The position numbers and the translations under genes were made by a program. From the NCBI GenBank assembly GCA_036498305.1, contig DASYFS010000512.1:1-52097 (forward strand): a DNA stretch of 52,097 nucleotides, in the 5' to 3' direction. This document shows, one piece after another, positions 19,175-26,702 of this stretch (the first letter of the stretch is position 1; every line of letters begins with the position of its first letter). The DNA comes from Candidatus Elarobacter sp. (GTDB taxonomy: Bacteria > Vulcanimicrobiota > Vulcanimicrobiia > Vulcanimicrobiales > Vulcanimicrobiaceae). Under the pieces are notes generated by a model that was not told the origin of the DNA, ran no database searches, and worked only from the letters and a program-made list of their open reading frames with translations.

Positions 19175-19981
19175 TCAACCGTTCCAGTTCACGCAGAAGA
19201 GATACGAGCCCACCGTGGGCGCGCAATCGAACGTCCCGGCAGTGAACTTCGCCGCGACGATCGCGCTTCGGGCATAAGCGTCGAGCTCCGCGAAGCCGGA
19301 CGACGAGTAGACGCGCCCTTCTAGCGGCGATCCGTCCGTCCCGATCGTGACCAGAATCCACGTCGTCCCCGTCCAGCGTTGGTCGCGAGCGATCCGCGGG
19401 GTGACGACCTCCGGCTCGCGCACCACCTTCGGCATCGTAAAACGATTCGTGCACGCCGCCGGAACATACGGCTGCGGGGTCGCGTCGATCGACGTCGTCG
19501 CGAGAGCGGCGCGCCGCAGCGCGTCCAGTCGCGCGGCCTCGTGGGGGGACGGCTTTGGGGCTGCGCCGGTGCGCAAATGCGGCGCGTAGTACGGGTTGAA
19601 GTACGGGCGGCACGGCTGCGCCGGCGTGCCGATCCCAGTCACCACGGCGGCATCGAGCGTGATCGCCGCAGGGAAGTGCACGACGATCGGTGTCGGCGAC
19701 TCTTTCCCGTGGATCTCGCTCGGAACGACGACGCGCCGAAACGGGATCTCGTACCGCTCGGACTGCGTCAGGAGCGTCAACGTCCCCGACGCGAAGCCGC
19801 TCGGCCCGGGCGTGTTCAACGTGAAGGCGAGCAGGTTCGGCGCCAGGGAAAGGACGTCGTCGACCGCCACGTCGCACCACGCATCCACCGCGACGGCCGG
19901 CGACGCCCCCGGTTCCGGCGCCGCGCCGAGCGTCGCCAGCATGAGCGATGCTACCGCTGCCGGCAGACCGCGCCGCCGCAT
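19175..19981 (-). CDS. Exported protein with C-terminal TonB_C-like domain
   Basis: P.IAR...WTGT...V.IGTDG......V..SSG..ELD..A..A....F; N-terminal signal-like segment. Confidence 0.72.
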   Translation of the reverse strand: MRRRGLPAAVASLMLATLGAAPEPGASPAVAVDAWCDVAVDDVLSLAPNLLAFTLNTPGPSGFASGTLTLLTQSERYEIPFRRVVVPSEIHGKESPTPIVVHFPAAITLDAAVVTGIGTPAQPCRPYFNPYYAPHLRTGAAPKPSPHEAARLDALRRAALATTSIDATPQPYVPAACTNRFTMPKVVREPEVVTPRIARDQRWTGTTWILVTIGTDGSPLEGRVYSSSGFAELDAYARSAIVAAKFTAGTFDCAPTVGSYLFCVNWNG

Positions 19982-20538
19982 TAATTCACGCCGAACGCGG
20001 GGCCGTCGAGCAGGTACTGCTGCGCCTGCTCGATGTCGTGGTCGTCCCAGTCAAGCACGACCTCGGCGCGCCCGACGTCGCCGCGCGCGACGAGCAGCGC
20101 CGCCGAGACGACGCGCGCGACGTCGAGGTCGGACGAGCGCAGCGCGTAGCCGATCGCGAGATCGTCGAGCGCGCTGATCGCTTCGTAGTAGGCGGTCTCG
20201 AGCGCCGGCGGGATCTCCGGCGCGCTGTCGCTCGTCAGCCGGGTGATCTCGATCCACGTCGGTAGGTGGAGATAGTCGAGCGGAACCGCCGGCGCGTCTT
20301 CGGCGATCACCGCGGCGCCGAGCCGCACGATGTGCGGGACCGCGGCGTACGCCGCAAGCGAGACCTCGGTGTCGCGCGCGAGCCGCGCCCACAGATGCGA
20401 CCACGGCCCCTCGTCGCCGGGAGCGCCGATCTGCAGCGGGTGCTCCTCGAGCGCGCGCAGGTGTTCAGCGATCAGCAGCCCGGAGCCGTAACAGTCGGGA
20501 TAGGTGATCCAGGCCGGATCGCTCAGCGCGAGCAGCAT
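19981..20538 (-). CDS. Hypothetical helical protein
   Basis: ATG overlaps the MaoC TGA; W..LW..L.....V..AAYAAVPHIV pattern. Confidence 0.65.
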   Translation of the reverse strand: MLLALSDPAWITYPDCYGSGLLIAEHLRALEEHPLQIGAPGDEGPWSHLWARLARDTEVSLAAYAAVPHIVRLGAAVIAEDAPAVPLDYLHLPTWIEITRLTSDSAPEIPPALETAYYEAISALDDLAIGYALRSSDLDVARVVSAALLVARGDVGRAEVVLDWDDHDIEQAQQYLLDGPAFGVN

Positions 20539-20966
20539 CAACGCTCGTCTTTCTGCAGGACGCCCGTCCCCTCGAGGACGAGCTTCCCGCGTTGATTGGT
20601 CACCGTCATCTTGCAGCGCAGCCGCCGCTTCTCCGCGACGATCTCGACGAGCTCGGCGGTCGCCGTCAGCGTGTCGCCGATGAACACCGGACGGCGAAAA
20701 TGCAGCGTCTGCTCGACGTAGAGCCCGCCCGGTTTCTGCAGCATGAGGCCGCCGACCGTCGAGACGAGGCTCGCGGTCAGCATCCCGTGCGCGGCGCGCT
20801 GTCCGAAGCGCGTCGTCTTCGCGTACTCGGCGTCGACGTGTAGCGGATAGTTGTCGCCGCTCACCGCCGCGAACAGCAGGATGTCGGCTTCGGTGATCGT
20901 TTTCGAGAACGTGGCGAGATCGCCGACTCGAAACTCTTCGAACGCCTTTACGCCGATCCCGGACAT
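20538..20966 (-). CDS. MaoC family (R)-enoyl-CoA hydratase
   Basis: FAAVSGDNYPLHVDAEYA...FGQRAAHGML; F..PVFIGDTL. Confidence 0.9.
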   Translation of the reverse strand: MSGIGVKAFEEFRVGDLATFSKTITEADILLFAAVSGDNYPLHVDAEYAKTTRFGQRAAHGMLTASLVSTVGGLMLQKPGGLYVEQTLHFRRPVFIGDTLTATAELVEIVAEKRRLRCKMTVTNQRGKLVLEGTGVLQKDER

Positions 20967-22789
20967 TTCGCTGCCAATTGTGGCTGATCGCCCGTGCGAC
21001 CTGCCGGGTGCAGGATGCGGACGACCTCGACCGGCTCCCCGACGCCCCGCAGCGCAAGAGTCCCGCGCTCGCCGGGCGGCAGGAGCGCCGCAACCCGCGG
21101 ATCGCCGGCAAGCGCCGCGCTGAGCACGATCTCGTCGGGCCCGGCCGCGTGGGCGATCCGCGAAGCGACGTTGACCGTGCCGCCGAAGTAGTCGAGGCGT
21201 TCGTTCGCACGCAGCGCGATGCACGGACCGCGATGGATGCCGATCCGCAGCTGCAGCGGTGCCACGGCGTTCGAGAACGCCAGCGCCGCGGCGGCCGCGT
21301 CAGCGGGATCGACGAACACCGCCATCACCGCATCGCCGATCGTCTTGACGATCGCACCGCGCTGCAGCGTAATGGCTGCGTGCAGCTCGTCGAAATGTTC
21401 GCGCACCAAGCGAAAGGCGCGCGCGTCGCCGCTCTGCGCGTAGAGCTGCGTCGAACCGATGATGTCGGTGAAGACGAGCGTCAGTGAGCGGATCGCGACC
21501 TCGATCCCCTCGGCGAGCACTTCGCTCGAGAACAGATCGCGGAACGGCTGCAGCGCGGTGACCTCCGCCGCAGTCGCGATCTGATCGCTGAGCTCCGCCT
21601 CGGTGATCCGCACCATGGCGTCGCGCGCGGCGGCGCCGGTCAGCTCGACGCGCACGCGGCCGGCTGCGACGACCGGCGGCGTGAGGGCGATCCGTTCGTC
21701 CTCGATCCGTGCCGCGAGGACGCGGCCGTCGCCGGTGTCTTCCACGACGAAGCGCGCCGCGCGGTCAGGCAGCGCCTGGACGAGGTACGCGCCCGGCGTC
21801 AGGACGACGTCGAGCGCGGCGGCCGCGCCGGCGGCGAGCGCGGTCTGGGCGAGGGTTTGGCGTGCCGTCTGCGGGCCTGCGGTGCAGTAGACGGGCGGGA
21901 CGGTCGTGCGACCTGACGGACAGGCGTCGAACGTCACCTCGACGTTGCGGTCGAAGTCCGGACCGTACTCGACGCCGCACGACGCGCAGTGCACCGTGCC
22001 GCGCAGCGCCGCGAGCGTCCGCACCGCGTTCTTCTGCCCGCGGCAGCTCGGGCAGACGATCGTCCACGAGAGGTCGAGCAGGCCGCCGCGCGTCGCCGAC
22101 AACATCGCCGCGAGGACGCGCTCGCGCGGAAGCCGCCACGCGTCGGCGAGGACGTAGGGACGCATGCGCGCGACGGTCGCGTCGTCACCGTGCGTGACCA
22201 GCGAGGCCAGCCGCGCGGCGATCGCCGGCTCGTGGCCGGACTGCGGCGTCAGCACGGCGAGCGCGGCGCTGAACGGCGCGACCTGCTCGGCGGCGGCCGG
22301 CGGCGGGTCGTCGACGATAAACCGGGTGACGGCGACGTCCGGCTCGGATCGCGCACGAGCTGCGGCCGCCGCGTAGGCGCGGGACGCGCCGGCGCGCCCG
22401 CGGGCGAGGACGAACGGCGCGAGCAGCGCTCCGAGCGGTCCGCGCGCGTCGAGCTCGACCGCGTGGACGACGCGCGTGCCGGTGCCGTCCGGTTCAACCT
22501 GCAGATCCGAGGCGAAGCGCGCGAACGGGCCGCCGTGGAAGAGTCGCTCGATCGCGACGCGCCGCGGCGCCTCCCAGGTGAACGGCGGCTCGTCCCACGC
22601 GAAGCGCAGCGGTCCGTACGCCGCGTGCGCGACCGATCTCGCCGTTTCGCCGGCGCGCGCAACGTAGGTGTAGCGCACCGGCGGCAAGCCGGCGTCGCGG
22701 TTGACCGCGTCGGTGTCGGAGATCGCGCGCCACAGCCGCTCGGGCGCGAGGTCGAACGTGAACTCGTAGCGCTGCGCGAAGCGCTTCAC
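20948..22789 (-). CDS. Class III adenylate cyclase with SRPBCC and DUF5939-like domains
   Basis: FTDIIGST, KTIGDAVM, LDYFGGTVNVASR; CPSC...HCASC; N-terminal SRPBCC-like region. Confidence 0.87.
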   Translation of the reverse strand: MKRFAQRYEFTFDLAPERLWRAISDTDAVNRDAGLPPVRYTYVARAGETARSVAHAAYGPLRFAWDEPPFTWEAPRRVAIERLFHGGPFARFASDLQVEPDGTGTRVVHAVELDARGPLGALLAPFVLARGRAGASRAYAAAAARARSEPDVAVTRFIVDDPPPAAAEQVAPFSAALAVLTPQSGHEPAIAARLASLVTHGDDATVARMRPYVLADAWRLPRERVLAAMLSATRGGLLDLSWTIVCPSCRGQKNAVRTLAALRGTVHCASCGVEYGPDFDRNVEVTFDACPSGRTTVPPVYCTAGPQTARQTLAQTALAAGAAAALDVVLTPGAYLVQALPDRAARFVVEDTGDGRVLAARIEDERIALTPPVVAAGRVRVELTGAAARDAMVRITEAELSDQIATAAEVTALQPFRDLFSSEVLAEGIEVAIRSLTLVFTDIIGSTQLYAQSGDARAFRLVREHFDELHAAITLQRGAIVKTIGDAVMAVFVDPADAAAAALAFSNAVAPLQLRIGIHRGPCIALRANERLDYFGGTVNVASRIAHAAGPDEIVLSAALAGDPRVAALLPPGERGTLALRGVGEPVEVVRILHPAGRTGDQPQLAAKCPGSA

Positions 22790-23217
22790 GCCAGCGCGGC
22801 GGCGCCCGCCTTCGCTACGGCGACGTCTTCGTCGATCGTCCCGCTGCTGACCCCGATCGCGCCGACGACGCGGCCGTCGACCAGCAGCGGGATCCCGCCG
22901 CCGATCCCGGTCACGGCGTCGGCCGCGAGCGCGCTGCGGATGGTCGCCAGCATGTCGCCGCCGCCCTCGTCGGCGGTCGCGCGCACCCGGGTCGCGGCCG
23001 AGACCGCCTTCGTGATCGCGATCGAGATCGAGGCGATGCGGGCGCCGTCGCTGCGTCCGAACGCCAGCAGGTGGCCTCCGGCGTCGACCACGGCGACGTT
23101 CTCGGGGACCCCGGTCCGCTCGGCCGCGGCCAGCGCGGCGTCCAGGACGGCGCGCGCGCCGGCATGGGTAAGGAACGGAGCGGTGCCCACGTACGTTGAG
23201 CGCGAAGAGTCCGACAC
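22786..23217 (-). CDS. GlcG/HbpS heme-binding family protein
   Basis: VAVVDAGGHLLAF.R.DGA...SI.IA..KA.SA; GGGIPL..DG.VVGAIGVS; start uncertain. Confidence 0.85.
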   Translation of the reverse strand: MSDSSRSTYVGTAPFLTHAGARAVLDAALAAAERTGVPENVAVVDAGGHLLAFGRSDGARIASISIAITKAVSAATRVRATADEGGGDMLATIRSALAADAVTGIGGGIPLLVDGRVVGAIGVSSGTIDEDVAVAKAGAAALA

Positions 23218-23265
23218 AATGAGGCCGACTTTGCCTGCTCCTTCCCCCCGCCCCTTCGAGCGCGC

Positions 23266-24021
23266 GTGATCGCGGCCGACGTTGCCTTTCGGCAAACTGC
23301 GAACGCCGCGGCGGCGATGTATCAGAAGGCGCCGCCGTACCTGACCTACCGGACCGACGTCGTCGTCGACGTCCCGTCGCTGCGCCAGCACAAGACGATC
23401 TCGCGCGCCGTCGAGACGCGCACGGCCGACGACTTCGCCGTCTTGCAAGACCTTCCGAAGGGGCAGCGCCAGTACGCGCACAGCTTCCCGCTCGTGCCCA
23501 CGTTCGATGCGCTCTCGTACTTCTACATCCACCTCAACGGCGCGCGGCGCAACGCGCTCAGCTACGTCGAGATGCAGCAGTTGATCACGTTCAGCAGCCC
23601 GGCACCTTCGGCGACGCGCTCCGACGTGATCGTGACGTACCTGCGGTATTACCACGCCAGCTACGCGGCCGACACGACCGACCAGCTCGCGCACATCCAG
23701 TTGGACGCGCTGCCGACGCTGACGAAGGGCAATCGTTCGGACTTCTACATCCACGACGTCTACGTCGACATGGCGACGATGCTCCCGACACGGGTCGTCT
23801 ACGATGGGCCGGACACGCACTTCGTGGTCGACTATACCGTCGCGCAGGACCACTGGCTCGTCAGTCACAGCACTTACGCGCACACCCAATATGGGCCGCT
23901 GAAGATGGGACGCGTCTCGTTCAACGTCGAGGCGACGAACAGCGACTTCGGCTTCCCGGCCGCACCGAGCGATCCGCGCCTCGCCGAGCCGCCGGCGACG
24001 AAGCCCCCGCAGCCGGGCTGA
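23266..24021 (+). CDS. Hypothetical beta-rich protein
   Basis: GC3-biased 251-aa ORF; PPYLTYR, PTFDALS, VYVD..T.LP, C-terminal FGFP; followed by a hairpin. Confidence 0.7.
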   Translation: MIAADVAFRQTANAAAAMYQKAPPYLTYRTDVVVDVPSLRQHKTISRAVETRTADDFAVLQDLPKGQRQYAHSFPLVPTFDALSYFYIHLNGARRNALSYVEMQQLITFSSPAPSATRSDVIVTYLRYYHASYAADTTDQLAHIQLDALPTLTKGNRSDFYIHDVYVDMATMLPTRVVYDGPDTHFVVDYTVAQDHWLVSHSTYAHTQYGPLKMGRVSFNVEATNSDFGFPAAPSDPRLAEPPATKPPQPG

Positions 24022-24026
24022 ACGCA

Positions 24027-24056
24027 CGAAGGGCACGCCGTGCGGCGTGCCCTTCG
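24027..24056. terminator. Hairpin between convergent gene and tRNA-Ser (likely bidirectional terminator)
   Basis: CGAAGGGCACGCCG-TG-CGGCGTGCCCTTCG perfect 14-bp inverted repeat. Confidence 0.65.
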
Positions 24057-24062
24057 CGTTCG

Positions 24063-24153
24063 TGGCGGAGAGGGAGAGATTCGAACTCTCGGTACGCTAT
24101 TAACGTACGCCCGCTTTCGAGGCGGGTGCCTTCAACCACTCGACCACCTCTCC
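24063..24153 (-). tRNA. tRNA-Ser(CGA)
   Basis: GGAGAGG acceptor; anticodon arm CCCGC-CTCGAAA-GCGGG; long variable arm; TTCGAAT; encoded CCA. Confidence 0.95.
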
Positions 24154-24157
24154 GTGG

Positions 24158-24568
24158 TCACCGCCGCTTCGCGAAGAACGCGCGGAGCTGGGCGGCGGTT
24201 TCGTCCGCGAGCACCCCGTCGATCACCTCGACGCGATGGTTCACCGCGGCCGACCCGAGTATATCGATGACCGAGCCCGCCGCACCTCCCTTCGGATCGC
24301 GGCAGCCGTAGACGAGCCGGTCGATCCGCGCCGCAGCGATCGCGCCGGCGCACATCGGGCAGGGTTCCTTCGTCACGTAGAGCGAGCCGCCGATGCGCCA
24401 GCGGCCGAGCGCTTCGGCGGCCGCACGCAGGACAAGCATCTCGGCGTGTGCGGTGGGATCGGGCCGCGACTCTTTCTCGTTGCTCGCCTCGAACATGCGA
24501 CCGTCGACGGCGAGGACCGCGCCGATCGGAACGTCGCCGGCGGCCGCCGACGCATCCGCGAGGACCAT
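24158..24568 (-). CDS. tadA: tRNA adenosine(34) deaminase; start uncertain (frame open to GTG 24670 inside tRNA-Arg)
   Basis: DVPIGAV, DPTAHAEM, LYVTKEPCPMCAGAI, DPKGGAAGS, NH, LRAFF. Confidence 0.9.
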   Translation of the reverse strand: MVLADASAAAGDVPIGAVLAVDGRMFEASNEKESRPDPTAHAEMLVLRAAAEALGRWRIGGSLYVTKEPCPMCAGAIAAARIDRLVYGCRDPKGGAAGSVIDILGSAAVNHRVEVIDGVLADETAAQLRAFFAKRR

Positions 24569-24602
24569 CGCGCGACGGATGCCGTCGGCATCAGAAGAAA
24601 AT

Positions 24603-24676
24603 CGCTCCCGGCCCGGCTCGAACGGGCAACCTTCGCCTTCGGAGGGCGACGCGCTATCCAATTGCGCCACGGGAGC
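24603..24676 (-). tRNA. tRNA-Arg(CCG)
   Basis: GCTCCCG/CGGGAGC acceptor; anticodon arm TCGCC-CTCCGAA-GGCGA; T arm GCCCG-TTCGAGC-CGGGC; no encoded CCA. Confidence 0.93.
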
Positions 24677-24708
24677 GTACGTCGGCTCGCTCCCGCGAGC
24701 CGCGACTT

Positions 24709-24960
24709 CTACCGACCTTCGGTCGGGGTGCCCGGGCCGGCGTTCGGACCGGTCGTCGGGATGTGCTTGAAGAGGTCGAGCTTGTGGTCGACGAGGCCTC
24801 GGTAGAACTTGCGGACGCAGTCGGGGTGGCCGAAGAAATAGGTCCGCGCGTAGGCGAGGTCGTCCCCCGAACTGTCCGGCACGTAGTGGCTGATCTCGAT
24901 CTCTTCCATCTGCGCCCGGTCGACCGGGTGCGGGCAGAAATCGCAGGGGATCGTCGACAT
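24709..24960 (-). CDS. Small putative metal-binding protein (CxxC...HxxC)
   Basis: 83 aa; CDFC and YFFGHPDC motifs; GAGG upstream of the ATG. Confidence 0.6.
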   Translation of the reverse strand: MSTIPCDFCPHPVDRAQMEEIEISHYVPDSSGDDLAYARTYFFGHPDCVRKFYRGLVDHKLDLFKHIPTTGPNAGPGTPTEGR

Positions 24961-24981
24961 CCTAGTAACCTCGAGAAAACT

Positions 24982-25053
24982 TGACTCGGGTAGGATTTGA
25001 ACCTACGACCTAGGGCTTATGAGTCCCCCGCTCTACCGCTGAGCTACCGAGCC
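24982..25053 (-). tRNA. tRNA with CAT anticodon, most likely elongator tRNA-Met
   Basis: GGCTCGG/CCGAGTC acceptor (G1-C72 paired, so not initiator); loop CTCATAA; T arm GTAGG-TTCAAAT-CCTAC; Ile2 identity not excluded. Confidence 0.88.
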
Positions 25054-25190
25054 GTCCGTCCCCCGCGAATCATCGTCCGGGCAGAACGCACGTCGATTAT
25101 CCAGAACCCGGCCAACCCCTGCGAGGCTGCACGCGGCCGCTGTGGGACGTGTAGGAAGGGATTGACCGGCCGGGACGCCGAGTGCGCTCC

Positions 25191-26702
25191 ATGTCGAAGC
25201 GGGTGCTTTTTACCGCGGTGGCCGCCGCATTTGCCGTCCTCGTTTTCGCGCCGCCCGCCGGCGCCGCCGACTCCGGTGCCGCCGCGCTGATGGCGCGGCA
25301 CCGTGCCTACGTCGGCTTCAGCGGGATGGACGGCTCCGTTCGCTCGTTGCGGGTCTTGGGTCAGATCACCCGAGAAGGCAACCCGGTCGGCCGCTTCGCT
25401 ACCTATCGGCGCGGCGCACTCGAACGTCACCTCGGCGACGGCCGCTCGACGCGCGAGCAGCGCGGCTTCGACGGCACGGCGTTCTGGAGCGCGAACGGCA
25501 ACGGCTTCACCGTAAATACGGTCGGCGAACCCGTTAAGATCCTGATCAGCGAGACGCTGCTGTTCGACGAGCGCTTGGACTCGGCGGCGGCGGCGTTTGT
25601 CGGCGACGAAACCGTCGACGGCGTGAAGGCGGCGCGACTGCATCTCGTACCTGAGGTCGGGTGGCCGATCGACGTGTGGGTCGATCGTGAGTCCGGTGCG
25701 TTCCGGCGCGCGGTGATCGATCCCGGCGGCATCTACGAAGAAGACATCCATATCGACAAATACGTCGAGATCGGTGACGGGAAGAGGATCATCGGCGCAT
25801 GGCGATACGGCGCGGGCGCCCGGCTGTACACCGTCACCTCCGCCACGGCGAACACCGTGCTCTCGTCCACCGAGTTGGAACGCCCGCGGCAAACTGCGTC
25901 CTGGTCGTTCGGCTCGGGGGCACCGGTCCCGTTCAAGATCATCAGCGACTCGATCGTCTTCGAGGCCAGCGTGAACGGCCACCCCGGCCGCTTCAAGCTC
26001 GACAGCGGCGCTGCCGGACTCGCGATGACGGACGATTTCGTCCGCCGCGCAGGCGCGACCCGGGTCGGACGCACGGGGATCGTCGGCATCGGCGGTGGCG
26101 CGGCAGCGAACGTCTACCTCGTCGACACCTTCGGCGTCGGCGACAGCACGCTCCGGAACGTCCGCGTTCTGACCGGCCTGGACGAGTCGCTCGCGAAGGA
26201 GTCCGACGGGTACATCGGCTTCGATCTCTTGGCCGGCGCACTCGTCGACCTCGATTTCGACAAAGGGTCGTTTCGCGTTCTCGACGTTTCGAAAGTCCAG
26301 CCCGACTTTTCCCAAGGCTACACGTTCAATGTCGATCTCTCCCAGGGCGTACCGCGTATCGCCGTGATGTTGGGGGGGACGATTCCGGCGATTGCCACGC
26401 TCGACAGCGGCAATTCGTATTCGATGCTCTTCAATTCAAAGGCGCTCGACGCCAAGGGCGTCACGTTCATCACTCGTAATCGAGCCCGCATCAACGGCGT
26501 GTCGGGCAGCGAGATCGACCAATGCGGCGTGCTGCCGAAGGTCCTCTTCGGACCGATCACCTTCGGCGACGTCCCGAGCTGCGCGTCCGAGTCGATGGCC
26601 GTCCACGACGTTTTGGTCGGTTTCGACTTCCTGAAACACTTCAACATCGTCTTCGACTACGCCGACGGCAAGATGCTGATGGTTCCCCGGAAGGCCCAGT
26701 AA
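25191..26702 (+). CDS. Secreted bilobed retropepsin-like aspartyl protease (paralog 1)
   Basis: Signal peptide; FKLDSGA...GYIGFDLL and TLDSGN...VLVGFDFL lobes. Confidence 0.82.
   Translation: MSKRVLFTAVAAAFAVLVFAPPAGAADSGAAALMARHRAYVGFSGMDGSVRSLRVLGQITREGNPVGRFATYRRGALERHLGDGRSTREQRGFDGTAFWSANGNGFTVNTVGEPVKILISETLLFDERLDSAAAAFVGDETVDGVKAARLHLVPEVGWPIDVWVDRESGAFRRAVIDPGGIYEEDIHIDKYVEIGDGKRIIGAWRYGAGARLYTVTSATANTVLSSTELERPRQTASWSFGSGAPVPFKIISDSIVFEASVNGHPGRFKLDSGAAGLAMTDDFVRRAGATRVGRTGIVGIGGGAAANVYLVDTFGVGDSTLRNVRVLTGLDESLAKESDGYIGFDLLAGALVDLDFDKGSFRVLDVSKVQPDFSQGYTFNVDLSQGVPRIAVMLGGTIPAIATLDSGNSYSMLFNSKALDAKGVTFITRNRARINGVSGSEIDQCGVLPKVLFGPITFGDVPSCASESMAVHDVLVGFDFLKHFNIVFDYADGKMLMVPRKAQ

Noticed and set aside
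24982-25053. A31-G39 mismatch suggesting a pseudo-tRNA or initiator tRNA
   Set aside because: All other arms are intact, G1-C72 is paired, and similar anticodon arms occur in functional elongator tRNA-Met genes.
1806-25190. Second promoter motif AGG-N17-(C/A)(G/T)AA before genes at 1805, 7929 and 25191
   Set aside because: Too degenerate and variably spaced to support by eye.
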